Source: Octopus vulgaris
Taxonomy: Eukaryota
Assembly (NCBI GenBank): GCA_951406725.2
Contig: OX597839.1
Location: 33,728,001-33,792,000 of the forward strand
Length of the DNA stretch: 64,000 bases
Reading direction: 5' to 3'
Position numbers and translations under genes: made by a program. Shown piece by piece: positions 43,369 through 56,919 of the stretch. Position 1 is the first letter of the stretch. Every line of letters starts with the position of its first letter. The notes beneath the pieces are model-generated. The model searched no databases. It was given only the letters and a program-made list of their open reading frames with translations, and was not told the origin of the DNA.

Positions 43369-43798
43369 CCTAATTCTCTCTTCTCCTTCTCTCATTAAAA
43401 TATAAAGAAATTGAACAACAATGGTATGTACGTTAAACCTTTCCAAATTCGCCTCCATCCACAACCTAATCTGTTAATCTTGGATTCCACTTCACCTGAC
43501 TAATAAGTATTTCTGATTTCGGTACAAAGCCAACAATTTAAAGAGGAGGACTTATCAGACACCATTCTCTGCAGAACTTTATTTTATTTTATAAATTACA
43601 TTCGATATTTCTTTTGAATTCCTTGAGAAGTTGCTGTTGTTTTATGCGATTGGAAACCAACTGGATTCCACTGCATTCCGGTCGAGTGCAAGGGAGGTAA
43701 CTGTAGCAGTATCACGCCTCTACTGTAGAAAAGCCAAGTTGCTATACGCTAAATAGGCGGTTTTTTGCTCCAGCATGACCTTGGTCGATCATTAAATA

Positions 43799-43856
<58 letters not shown>

Positions 43857-44001
43857 CATGAAGCAAACGATACATACATACACACAAACATACATACATA
43901 CATACATACATACATACGTACATACATACATACATACATACATACATACATACATACATACATACATACATACATACATACATACATACATACATACATA
44001 C

Positions 44002-44032
<31 letters not shown>

Positions 44033-44066
44033 CATACGTACATACATACATACATACATACATACG

Positions 44067-44137
<71 letters not shown>

Positions 44138-44443
44138 TTATATATATATATATTCATATGTGGACGGCACCCACTTCTGTTATTTTTTTCAGAATCCCCC
44201 ATTCTGTAAAAAACTCAAAAAAATTGCCAAGTGGAATCGGTCTGCATTCTTTAAGTCCGCTTTATATGTGTGTCTCTGTATAAATATAATTGTCGCATTT
44301 AATCAAATTTCATTACACCGATCGTTTTTGCCTTCGCAAACCAGGAAGTGAAACGGTTGACTCTTTAGCTTTTTATTCCCGATGAATATTGATATTTTTT
44401 TACAGATTTCTATTATTTATAATATCTATAATTTTATATAAAC

Positions 44444-44541
44444 GTGAGCAGTGAACAAGAAGTACATCATATTTCTCAGGAACGATTTATGCAAATCCGA
44501 GTTTATTTTGTAAAACCCGTGGACGATCTCGGATCATTTTC
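44444..44541 (+). pseudogene. B-type CARD N-terminal fragment (GTG start)
   Basis: As at 25052. Confidence 0.75.
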
Positions 44542-45644
44542 CTATGATATACAATTTTCAAGATGGTGTAATTTAGTTGTTCATTTTGAACCGATAAAAG
44601 TTTTTTTTTCAAATATTTCATGTATAAGTCTGTGTATATATATGTTGTGGTATAAATATCAACACAATTTTTTTCCCTTCCTCCCTTATTTTTAGTTTTC
44701 CTTTTCTCTTTTTGTCTCTCTCCCCTTCTCCAAACACACAGACACAGACACACGCATGACATGACTTTTTCAAGGCTGACATCAACTCGTCTGAAACATT
44801 CCAAGTTCGACCGTCAAACTTAGATAAGTTCTATTGTTTAACTCAGCATTTCGGGGTAAAATAGAGGTAAATGGAGATAAGCGAATTCATTTCCCATTCT
44901 ACTCCGATCCACATTCAACAATCCAACATGTATAACTACAAATCCTCTCAGAATATTCGGTAACAATCGTTTTCGCTTTCAGACGACGCACTCACAGTAT
45001 TTTTAGCAAATCACTTCTTCCTAACATCCGCAACAGACGCAGTTATTACGAAACGTGCTCTCGTTTTGTCTCTGTTATTTTCGCCCTTAGCATTGTAAAA
45101 CGGCCGATTGCCACAGCATTTTGTGTTCTGATACTAACATCGAATTAACAGGAAAATAAAATCTGTAAGAAACAGCTTCCTTCTTTCTCTTCATTTTTAT
45201 GTTGCATGTTTCGCTGACCCACGAACATCAAATCTTCTCAGTGTAACACAATCGGTTAGAACTATGTGAAATGCGCATTTTCTAAAAGTATTCAGGTGAA
45301 ACTATTTAATCGCTTGAACGACATGACTTTAAATATTTGTAGTTTCTTTGTTATTGGGTTCTAAGAGAAAAAATAACTTTGATTTACGTCATCAGAGGAA
45401 AACTATCCAGAACTTTGAAGAAAATTTGATTGGTTGAAGGAAATTTAACAAGAGCCATTGAAATATGTGTTTGTAAATAACTAGGCTCAGTTAATGAAGT
45501 CATCGAACTGAGCAGACTACATTACCCGAAACGTTTTTCTTCGTAAACCAGGAAGTGAAAGGGTGGACTGTTTTGCTTTTTTCTTCTCCAGGTAAAAATT
45601 GATATTTTTAGAGATTTATATTGTTTTCATATTAAGAACTTTAT

Positions 45645-46734
45645 ATGAGCATGAATGAAGACCGAGTATATTATATTTATAAGGATCAATTTCAAAAACT
45701 CCGAGTTGATTTTGTAAAACTCATGGACGATATCAAATCATTTTTAGATGCAGCTTTATCCAATGGTTTGCTGACATATAGCCATAAAGACAGCATAATG
45801 TCTGAAAGAGATTCTAACGATCAGAAACGACGGTTACACGAAATCCTAGGTAAGAAACTACCAGATGAGTCCCGTAAATTTGTGTCGGCTTTGGAAACGT
45901 CAAACCATAATAAAATTCTCGAGCTATTAGACGATCCGTCAGTCTACCCGATGAAATTCAAACTTCATGGTCGTGTTATATTAATAAATAATGTGAAATT
46001 TCCCGTTGGGAGTAAATACAATGAAAGGCTCGGAAGCGAAAAGGATGTGGAAGGTATCACGAAACTTTTCAAGGCTTTCAACTTCGATGTTGAACTTTAT
46101 TCTAATTAAACGGCCGAGGAAATGGAAGGAATAATTGAGAAAGCATCGCAGGAAAGTACAGCCCGTGAAGATTGTTTCGTTATGTTCTTGATGTCCCATG
46201 GTGTTAGAGGGAGTATCATTGGAACTGATGGTAAGGAATTATCTTATTCCACTATTAACGACGCTCTAAAGAAGAGGTCTCCGCTGAAAGACAAACCAAA
46301 GCTCATTTACGTAAATACTTATCAATTTAAACATGAGAAGGATAATGTCCCGAAAGGCACCGACGTTTCTTCAACTAAAGAAAATACTTGTCGAAGTGAA
46401 ACTCAAGTCAAAGTTGACGCAGAATGTAGCAGCGCTGTCGAAAGTAATTCTGAAAAGGAATACATCGGGCAATATTTCAACGTTCCAGATCTCTATGTTA
46501 CTTTTGCCACCGTTCCAGAAGGCCTTGCTTACCGAACTGAGGAAAGTGGTTCTTTTTTCATAAAAAGTTTAATCAGTGTTTATGAAAGGAACAAAGATAG
46601 ATGTAACATCTCATCATTATCACTTCATATAAATTCAGAAGTTTCGAAGGAATGCAAAGAGATTTAACATGGATCAGGTTTCAAGTTGTTATTCCACCTT
46701 GAAGAGAAAGGTGATTCTTCGAGCCACAGATTAA
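45645..46734 (+). pseudogene. Class D copy with the shared TAA (46107-46109) and a 1-bp insertion near 46664
   Basis: 154-aa first ORF followed by an in-frame continuation. Confidence 0.8.
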
Positions 46735-47204
46735 CCTAATTCTCTCTTCTCCTTCTCTCATTAAAATATAAAGAAATTGAACAACAATGGTATGTACGTT
46801 AAACCTTTCCAAATTCGCCTCCATCCACAACCTAATCTGTTAATCTTGGATTCCACTTCACCTGACTAATAAGTATTTCTGATTTCGGTACAAAGCCAAC
46901 AATTTAAAGAGGAGGACTTATCAGACACCATTCTCTGCAGAACTTTATTTTATTTTATAAATTACATACGATATTTCTTTTGAATTCCTTGAGAAGTTGC
47001 TGTTGTTTTATGCGATTGGAAACCAACTGGATTCCACTGCATTCCGGTCGAGTGCAAGGGAGGTAACTGTAGCAGTATCACGCCTCTACTGTAGAAAAGC
47101 CAAGTTGCTATACGCTAAATAGGCGGTTTTTGCTCCAGCATGACCTTGGTCGTGATGGCTTAAACGAAGCAAACGAGACCAGGAAGATCTCAGATCATTA
47201 AATA

Positions 47205-47240
<36 letters not shown>

Positions 47241-47378
47241 CATACATACATACATACATACATACATACATACATACATACATACATACATACATACATA
47301 CATACATACATACATACATACATACATACATACATACATACATACATACATACATACATACATACATACATACATACG

Positions 47379-47451
<73 letters not shown>

Positions 47452-47755
47452 TTATATATATATATATTCATATGTGGACGGCACCCACTTCTGTTATTTT
47501 TTTCAGAATCCCCCATTCTGTAAAAAAAAAAAAAAAAAGCCAAGTGGAATCGGTCTGCATTCTTTAAGTCCGCTTTATATGTGTGTCTCTGTATAAATAT
47601 AATTGTCGCATTTAATCAAATTTCATTACACCGATCGTTTTTGCCTTCGCAAACCAGGAAGTGAAACGGTTGACTCTTTAGCTTTTTATTCCCGATGAAT
47701 ATTGATATTTTTTTACAGATTTCTATTATTTTAATATCTATAATTTTATATAAAC

Positions 47756-47853
47756 GTGAGCAGTGAACAAGAAGTACATCATATTTCTCAGGAACGATTT
47801 ATGCAAATCCGAGTTTATTTTGTAAAACCCGTGGACGATCTCGGATCATTTTC
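47756..47853 (+). pseudogene. B-type CARD N-terminal fragment (GTG start)
   Basis: As at 25052. Confidence 0.75.
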
Positions 47854-48961
47854 CTATGATATACAATTTTCAAGATGGTGTAATTTAGTTGTTCATTTTG
47901 AACCGATAAAAGTTTTTTTTTTCAAATATTTCATGTATAAGTCTGTGTATATATATGTTGTGGTATAAATATCAACACAATTTTTTTCCCCTTCCTCCCT
48001 TATTTTTAGTTTCCCTTTTCTCTTTTTGTCTCTCTCCCCTTCTCCAAACACACAGACACAGACACACGCATGACATGACTTTTTCAAGGCTGACATCAAC
48101 TCGTCTGAAACATTCCAAGTTCGACCGTCAAACTTAGATAAGTTCTATTGTTTAACTCAGCATTTCGGGGTAAAATAGAGGTAAATGGAGATAAGCGAAT
48201 TCATTTCCCATTCTACTCCGATCCACATTCAACAATCCAACATGTCTAACTTCGAATCCTCTCAGAATATTCGGTAACAATCGTTTTCGCTTTCAGACGA
48301 CGCACTCACAGTATTTTTAGCAAATCACTTCTTCCTAACATCCGCAACAGACGCAGTTATTACGAAACGTGCTCTCGTTTTGTCTTTGTTATTTTCGCCC
48401 TTAGCATTGTAAAACGGCCGACTGCCACAGCATTTTGTGTTCTGATACTAACATCGAATTAACAGGAAAATAAAATCTGTAAGAAACAGCTTCCTTCTTT
48501 CTCTTCATTTTTATGTTGCATGTTTCGCTGACCCACGAACATCAAATCTTCTCAGTGTAACACAATCGGTTAGAACTATGTGAAATGCGCATTTTCTAAA
48601 AGTATTCAGGTGAAACTATTTAATCGCTTGAACGACATGACTTTAAATATTTGTAGTTTCTTTGTTATTGGTTTCTAAAAGAAAAAAATAACTCTGATTT
48701 ACGTCATCAGAGGAAAACTATCCAGAACTTTGAAGAAAATTTGATTGGTTGAAGGAAATTTAACAAGAGCCATTGAAATATATGTGTTTGTAAATAACTA
48801 GGCTCAGTTAATGAAGTCATCGAACTGAGCAGACTACATTACCCGAAACGTTTCTCTTCGTAAACCAGGAAGTGAAAGGGTGGACTGTTTTGCTTTTTTC
48901 TTTTCCAGGTAAAAATTGATATTTTTAGAGATTTATATTGTTTTCATATTAAGAACTTTAT

Positions 48962-49954
48962 ATGAGCATGAATGACGACCAAGTATATTATATTTATAAG
49001 GATCAATTTCAAAAACTCCTTGTTGATTTTGTAAAACTCATGGACGATATCAAATCATTTTTAGATGAAGCCTTATCCAATGGTTTGCTGACTGATAGCA
49101 ATAAAGAGAGCATAATGTCTGAAAGAGATTCTAACGATCAGAAACGACGGTTACACGAAATCCTAGGTAAGAAACTACCGGATGGGTCCCGTAAATTTGT
49201 GTCGGATTTGGAAAAGTCAAACCATAAGGAAATTCTCGAGCTATTAGACGATCCGTCAGTCTACCCGATGAAATTCAAACCTCATGGTCGTGTTATATTA
49301 ATAAATAATGTGAAATTTCCCGTTGGGAGTAAATACAATGAAAAGCTCGGAAGCGAAAAGGATGTGGAAGGTATCAGGGAACTTTTCAAGGCTTTCAATT
49401 TCGATGTTCAACTTTATTCTAATAAAACGGCCGAGGAAATGAAAAGAATAATTGAGAAAGCATCGCAGGAAAGTACAGCCCGTGAAGATTGTTTTGTTAT
49501 GTTCTTGATGTCACATGGTGTTAGAGGGAGTATCATTGGAACTGATGGTAAGGAATTATCTTATTCCACTATTAATACCATTCTAAAGGAGAGTTATGAG
49601 CTGAAAGACAAACCAAAACTCATTTACGTAAACACTTGCCAAGCTTATTTTGAAAAAGAAGATGTCGCGCAATATTTCAACGTGGCAGACCTACATGTTA
49701 CTTTTGCCACGGTTCCAGAAAGCTTTGCTTACCGAAGTAGGAAGAAAGGCAGTCTTTTCATTATATCTTTACTCAAAGTCTATGAAAATAATAAAAGCAA
49801 GTGCGACATCTCATCATTATCAGTTAAAATAAATTCACAAGTTTCGAAGGAATGCAAAGAGATTAACATGGATCAGATTTCAAGTTGTTATTCCACCTTC
49901 AAGAGAAAGGTGATTCTTCGAGCCACAGATTCTCTCTTCTCCTTCTCTCATTAA
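48962..49954 (+). CDS. CARD-caspase, class E (E2), intact, 330 aa
   Basis: Same protein as E1 in the ORF track. Confidence 0.9.
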   Translation: MSMNDDQVYYIYKDQFQKLLVDFVKLMDDIKSFLDEALSNGLLTDSNKESIMSERDSNDQKRRLHEILGKKLPDGSRKFVSDLEKSNHKEILELLDDPSVYPMKFKPHGRVILINNVKFPVGSKYNEKLGSEKDVEGIRELFKAFNFDVQLYSNKTAEEMKRIIEKASQESTAREDCFVMFLMSHGVRGSIIGTDGKELSYSTINTILKESYELKDKPKLIYVNTCQAYFEKEDVAQYFNVADLHVTFATVPESFAYRSRKKGSLFIISLLKVYENNKSKCDISSLSVKINSQVSKECKEINMDQISSCYSTFKRKVILRATDSLFSFSH

Positions 49955-50394
49955 AATATAAAGAAATTGAACAACAATGGTATGTACGTTAAACCTTTCC
50001 AAATTCGCCTCCATCCACAACCTAATCTCTTATACTTGGATTCCACTTCACCTGACTAATAATTATTTCTGATTTCGGTACAAAGCCAACAATTTAAAGA
50101 GGAGGACTTATCAGACACCATTCTCTGCAGAACTTTATTTTATTTTATAAATTACATACGATATTTCTTTTGAATTCCTTGAGAAGTTGCTGTTATTTTA
50201 TGCGATTGGAAACCAACTGGATTCCACTGCATTCCGGTCGAGTGCAAGGGAGGTAACTGTAGCAGTCTCACGCCTCTACTGTAGAAAAGCCAAGTTGCTA
50301 TACGCTAAATAGGCGGTTTTTGCTCCAGCATGACCTTGGTCGTGATGGCTTAAACGAAGCAAACGAGACCAGGAAGATCTCAGATCATTAAATA

Positions 50395-50430
<36 letters not shown>

Positions 50431-50684
50431 CATACATACATACATACATACATACAGACGTATATATGTATATATATATACACACACACACACACACGCA
50501 CATGTATATATATATATATATACAGAGAGAGAGAGAGAGACAGAGAGAGAGATTACTTTTTTTTACGTGTTTCAGTCATTTGACTGTGGCTATGCTGGAG
50601 CACCGCCTTTAAGATATATATATATTATATATATAGATATATTATATACATATATATACACAAACATATGTACACATACATACG

Positions 50685-50788
<104 letters not shown>

Positions 50789-51023
50789 GTTATGAGGGGA
50801 AAACTCCGATCTTGTGAATTTTCCGAATTCCTCTCCCCACCCTCCCGTTGCTTTGCACGCATTTTTTTGTTCATATTCGCTTCCTTTTCATTGTTTTACA
50901 CCCATTCCAGTATTTTTTCTTTTCTTTTTCGCTTTTCATTTCCTAAACATTAACCATAAGTCTGAATAAAATTTGTCATAAACCCGTTCAAAGAAGGATT
51001 TTATTCCAATATTATGCTACTCG

Positions 51024-51546
51024 CCGACTGACCCTTTAATCACGTCTGGCCAACGTCTGTCCGACTGTCCCTTTAATCACGTCTGGCCAACGTCTGTCCA
51101 ACTGACCCTTTAATCACGTCTGGCCAACGTCTGTCCGACTGACCCTTTAATCACGTCTGGCCAACGTCTGTCCGACAGACCCTTTAATCACGTCTGGCCA
51201 ACGTCTGTCCGACTGACCCTTTAATCACGTCTGGCCAACGTCTGTCCGACTGACCCATTAATCACGTCTGGCCAACGTCTGGCCGACAGACCCTTTAATC
51301 ACGTCTGGCCAACGTCTGTCCAACGTCTGTCCGACTGTCCCTTTAATCACGTCTGGCCAACGTCTGTCCGACTGTCCCTTTAATCACGTCTGGCCAACGT
51401 CTGTCCGACTGTCCCTTTAATCACGTCTGGCCAACGTCTGTCGACAGACCCTTTAGTCACGTCTGGCCAACGTCTGTCCGACTGACCCTTTAATCACGTC
51501 TGGCCAACGTCTGTCCGACTGTCCCATTAATCACGTCTGGCCAACG
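51024..51546. repeat. 37-bp minisatellite, ~14 units
   Basis: Same variant order as 31536-32059. Confidence 0.9.
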
Positions 51547-52574
51547 AGACAGACGAGTTGTTTGTTATTAGATAAGGACAATAACCATCTATAAACATTA
51601 CGCCGCACTTTCGTACTTAACGCAAAATGAGATATTTATATTTTTACTTATTATTTACTATTGTAGAGAGGAATTAATGATGGCATATTATAATTCATAA
51701 CGCAAACAAACGTGCGTGCGCACACACACACTCATACACACACACACACATACTTATATACCTGTGTCACTATACCTGTGATCATTGTCAGATTTTATCG
51801 GCTGACGTCACACGTAACATTTTTGCCTTCGCAAACCAGGAAGTGAAACTGTTGAACTTTATTTTCCCAGTGAAAATTGATAATTTTTACAGATTTCCCT
51901 TGTTTTAATACGCCGCACGTTATAGAATTTTTAGCAAATCACTTCTTCCTAACATCCGCAACAGACGCAGTTATTACCAAACGTGCTCTCGTTTCGTCTT
52001 TGTTATTTTCGCCCTTAGCATTGTAAAACGGCCGACTGCCACAGCATTTTGTGTTCTGATACTAACATCGAATTAACAGGAAAATAAAATCTGTAAGAAA
52101 CAGCTTCCTTCTTTCTCTTCATTTTTATGTTGCATGTTTCGCTGACCCACGAACATCAAATCTTCTCAGTGTAACACAATCGGTTAGAACTATGTGAAAT
52201 GCGCATTTTCTAAAAGTATTCAGGTGAAACTATTTAATCGCTTGAACGACATGACTTTAAATATTTGTAGTTTCTTTGTTATTGGTTTCTAAGAGAAAAA
52301 ATAACTCTGATTTACGTCATCAGAAGAAAACTATCCAGAACTTTGAAGAAAATTTGATTGGTTGAAGGAAATTTAACAAGAGCCAATGAAATATATGTGT
52401 TTGTAAATAACTAGGCTCAGTTAATGAAGTCATCGAACTGAGCAGACTACATTACCCGAAACGTTTATCTTCGTAAACCAGGAAGTGAAAGCGTGGACTG
52501 TTTTGCTTTTTTCTTTTCCAGGTAAAAATTGATATTTTTAGAGATTTATATTGTTTTCATATTAAGAACTTTAT

Positions 52575-53525
52575 ATGAGCATGGATGACGACCTAGTATT
52601 TTATATTTCTAAGGATCAATTTCAAAAACTCCTTGTTGATTTTATAAAACTCATGGACGATATCAAATCATTTTTAGATGTAGCTTTATCCAATGGTTTG
52701 CTGACTAATAGCAATAAAGAGAGCATAATGTCTGAAAGAGATTCTAACAATCAGAAACGACGGTTACACGAAATCTTAGGTAAGAAACTACCGGATGGGT
52801 CCCGTAAATTTGTGTCGGCTTTGAAAAAGTCAAACCATAAGGAAATTCTCGAGCTATTAGACGATCCGTCAGTCTACCCGATGAAATTCAAACTTCATGG
52901 TCGTGTTATATTAATAAATAATGTGAAATTTCCCGTTGGGAGTAAATACAATGAAAGGCTCGGAAGCGAAAAGGATGTGGAAGGTATCACGGAACTTTTC
53001 AAGGCTTTCAATTTCGAAGTTCAACTTTATTCTGATAAAACGGCCGAGGAAATGAAAAGAATAATTGAGAAAGCATCGAAGGAAAGTACAGACCGTGAAG
53101 ATTGTTTCGTTATGTTCTTGATGTCACATGGTGTTAGAGGGAGTATCATTGGAACTGATGGTAAGGAATTATCTTATTCCACTATTAACGACGCTCTAAA
53201 GAAGAGTTCTCAGCTGAAAGACAAACCAAAACTCATTTATATAAACACTTGTCAAGTTAGTTCTGATAAGAAAAATGAATATTTCAACGTTGCAGATCTG
53301 TATGTTGCTTTTGCCACTGTTCCCGAACACTTGGCTTTCCGAACTGAGGAAAATGGTTCTGTTTTCATCGAAAGTTTAATCAGTGTTTATGAAAAGAACA
53401 AAGAAAAGTGTGACGTCAACTCACTATCCCCTAAAATACATGCCCAAATTCCCAAGGAATCTGGTCAGATTTCAAGTAGTTATAACACTTTGAAGAAAAA
53501 GGTGATACTTCGAGCCACAATTTAA
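52575..53525 (+). CDS. CARD-caspase, class F, intact, 316 aa, Cys retained; last gene of the plus-strand array
   Basis: C-type CARD and large subunit, YINTCQVS, distinct small subunit (HLAFRTEENG) and distinct 3' flank. Confidence 0.9.
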   Translation: MSMDDDLVFYISKDQFQKLLVDFIKLMDDIKSFLDVALSNGLLTNSNKESIMSERDSNNQKRRLHEILGKKLPDGSRKFVSALKKSNHKEILELLDDPSVYPMKFKLHGRVILINNVKFPVGSKYNERLGSEKDVEGITELFKAFNFEVQLYSDKTAEEMKRIIEKASKESTDREDCFVMFLMSHGVRGSIIGTDGKELSYSTINDALKKSSQLKDKPKLIYINTCQVSSDKKNEYFNVADLYVAFATVPEHLAFRTEENGSVFIESLISVYEKNKEKCDVNSLSPKIHAQIPKESGQISSSYNTLKKKVILRATI

Positions 53526-53799
53526 CCAAATCCTATCCTTATTTTCTCTTCTTGCTCCCTACAAACACGAAGAACTTAAACAACAATGGTATGTACGTTA
53601 TATGTTTCCAAACCTGCCCCCGTCCACTATATTCTATGCTGATTTGGGATTTCACAAACTAAATTCTTACCCTGCGTCTTCAAACAAAGTATTTCTCACT
53701 TCGACACAAAGCCAGCAATTTTAAGAGAGGTGCTTGTTAGACCCTGTTCTCTGCAGAACTTTATTTTATTTTATTGAGCTGATATGCATGACTCGAACC

Positions 53800-54141
53800 A
53801 AGTTCACTCAATTTTCCACCTGTTTTTAACCCATAAAGCGCTGGAATTTGCATGTCCATAACATCGAGCGTCGGCTGCGGGGTCACTCCGAAAAGCTCTA
53901 TCTGCGACGATTTCATCTCAATCGAAGGAGAGGAGCTTTCTCCGTCCGGGTTGCTGATCCGTGGAACAAGCTGCCAGACAAGATGGTGAAAATGCCGACA
54001 ACCGCTTTGTTCAAAGTCTCCCTTGACCTCAAATGGCCTGAAATCTTTACATGAACACCACCCTGTACTTAACTCCATGTCCCCCTACATGGCCTTGCTT
54101 TTTGCTTTTGAGCCAAAAAATTAACTAACTAACTAACTAAC
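53800..54141 (+). mobile_element. CR1/L2-clade LINE 3' fragment
   Basis: RLRGHSEKL...FSVRVADPWNKLP matches the CR1 ORF2 C-terminal pattern; (TAAC)n tail. Confidence 0.75.
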
Positions 54142-54169
54142 ATAGACTGCTGAGCACATTTTATGAAAA

Positions 54170-54970
54170 CGAGACGGAAAGACTTCCGCCACAGACTCTT
54201 TATGGATCTCTTATAGACTCCACATTGTCTGACAGAACCAAAATCATCTTTGGGGTGCAAACACGATGAGGGAAGTCCAACAAGATTAAGTTTGACTCCC
54301 TATTTAATCCTGTTCCTTCTGAATTTGGTCCATAACTGAATACGGCACAGGATGATCTTGTGGTGATGTCATGTCAACAGATAACTTTGTCTTAAAATCC
54401 TTTAAACAACTCAACTTATCACTAAACGCTGACCGAAACTCAGCGAGAAGCTCCTTCAATTACAACAGAATTCCTTTCCCCAATCAAAGGAAATATGGTT
54501 CTCCAATTTAAATTGATTTTCTTCATCCGTTTTCTCTCCGACAACACCTGAACATTGCTTTCACCACCAATAATGGCAACTGGATCTCGCTTCCTTTGTC
54601 GTTGGACTCATGGCTTCACCAATTCTCTGCTATATGTATTCAGGCGGCGAGCTGGCAGAACCGTTAGCGCACTGGGCGAAATGCTTAGCCGTATTTCGTT
54701 TGGCTTTACGTTCTGAGTTCAAATTCCGCCGAGGTCGACTTTGCCTTTCATCCTTTCGGGGTCGATAAATTAAGTACCAGTTACGCACTGGGGTCGATGT
54801 GATCGACTTAATCCCTTTGTCTGTCCTTGTTTGTCCCCTCTGTGTTTAGCCCCTTGTGGGTAGCAGAGAGATAATATGTATTCAGTCTTACCAATATCTC
54901 TTGTAAATCACCCCCCCATTCTTCCAGGTTCTTAAAATTCTTCACTGAGTCTGAAGCCCCTCCATCATCC
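54170..54970 (-). mobile_element. Degenerate Ty3/Gypsy pol (protease to start of RT)
   Basis: Minus-strand fragments in the expected order: DGGASDSV, LPLLVV, KINLNW, FSDKLSCLKDFK..PVPYSVMDQIQKE, SCWTSLIVFAP, GSVRQCGVYK. Confidence 0.65.
54643..54873 (+). mobile_element. tRNA-derived SINE with a Meta-domain-like core
   Basis: A and B boxes (tggcagaaccgttag, gagttcaaattcc), core gcctttcatcctttcggggtcgataaattaagtacc, ~11-bp TSD atatgtattca. Confidence 0.8.
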
Positions 54971-55602
54971 CATCCCAATCCTTCCCCAATATTTCCACCT
55001 CCCCTGCCAGTAAATGTGACCCACCCTTTGCATACAGTTCCAGCATCACCATTGCTCTATCTCTTCTTCTCTTCACCCAACAACTATTCACCTTATTTTC
55101 TATCTTATTCAATGCAATTTGTCTCTCATACTTTCCTTTCTTGTCAAATTACCAACATTTTCAATGAGTTTATCCAATATTCTTGCACACCCACACACAG
55201 GCATATCCAATATTCTTGCAAACAAAACATTCCTTTAGTCTCGAAGGAAATACACTTAAGCAAGATGGTTGCAATTCCCAGAATGGTGACATTCCTGTTT
55301 CTCTGTCAGTTTATGAAAGGAGTTTCCAGATTCCCCTCCAGGTAAGCATTGCATGTCCTGAATGTCCCCTGGAAAAGACTGATCTCAATTCAACTGCAAC
55401 CAATATTTTAAGGGCACGGTCTGACGTCAGTGTCCTTTCACTGGAAGATGTGAATTTAGATCACTTTAACCCTTTTGTTACCATATTTATGTTGAAATAA
55501 ACTGATTTTGTTTAAATTAACTCTGAAAATAGTCAAGAATTAAGTAAAACAGCTGTTCTCAGGAACCCAAATGAACATGAAACATTAATGGAAAGTTTTA
55601 AC

Positions 55603-55965
55603 TGACCAACCACATGGTTCCGGGTTCAGTCCCACTGCGTGGCATCTTGAGCAAGTGTCTTCTGCTATGGCCCCGGGCCGACCAATGCCTTGTAAGTGGA
55701 TTTGGTAGACGGAAACTGAAAAAGCCTGTCGTATATATGTATATATATATATATGTATATGTGTGTGTTTGTGTGTCTGTGTTTGTCCCCTAGCATTGCT
55801 TGACAACCGATGCTGTTGTGTTTATGTCCCCGTCACTTAGCGGTTCGGCAAAATGAGACCGATAGAATAAGTACTGGGCTTACAAAGGATAAGTCCTGGG
55901 GTCAATTTGCTCGACTAAAAGGCGGTGCTCCAGAATGGCCGCAGTCAAATGACTGAAACAAGTCA
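55603..55965 (+). mobile_element. 5'-truncated CORE-type (OR-like) SINE
   Basis: Homologous to 58632-59037. Confidence 0.8.
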
Positions 55966-56159
55966 ATGATAAATGATAGTGAGATCTTTAGAAAATGGAA
56001 TCTTTATGACGGAACCAGGGTTGAACTCAGCCAAGCATCCTCGCCACAGTCCCCTAATTTTCGACAAAATTACTTGTGGGGGCAGGATATCCCTCTTAAT
56101 CCTTGCCTTCCTTTTCCTGAAGAGGAAAGTGTATGTTTTCAGTCATGTCACTCCTCTCC

Positions 56160-56199
<40 letters not shown>

Positions 56200-56919
56200 G
56201 ATTGAGAGAGCAGTGCATGCCATCAATGGGTGGTTCGTTCAACATCCTTAAACAACCCTTATTCAGGGATCTTTTGAGCGAGATGGGTTACTCAACCAGA
56301 AGAAAATTCTAACTGGGCCCCACCTGCAAGGTCATGTGCTGTTTATCGTGATATGAGATCACCATGTCGCGCACATGTGGTTGTGATGCATGTGCCTGGT
56401 GTACCCTTATCATGATGGGTATACTGGGCTTCGTATATTTGTGCTTATAATCAAAAACACTGCTAAATTACTGAAGACGATTGTATAATTTTAATTATTT
56501 TCTTCTCAATATAAAAAGACGAAATACACTGCCAACTTTGAGTGAGACTATCTCATACAACTAATAATGTTGAGCTTTCTAAATAAGTACATAAAATGGC
56601 CGACAAATGCTCAAACAGGTTGCTGATCTCTCATATAATTTATGACATATCTTTGATTTACTTCCGGTGGAATCGGTTCCTTTCAGCTTCAAGATTTTCA
56701 CATAAAAATATAATAAAGTTTTGCAATAATATTTCATTGTGTTCCTTTATTTTAATTGAAAGATTTTACAAATTTTGGTAGGGTACCTCTGTGTTGAAAG
56801 TGGTTTATCGGGGTAAAATGAGTGATTTTGTAAAGAACCAATTGAGAATATTCTATGTTGCTTTTAAATTTAGTGAGGTTTTGTTAATGTCATACCACGA
56901 GCCACTTTCCTAGTAGTGG

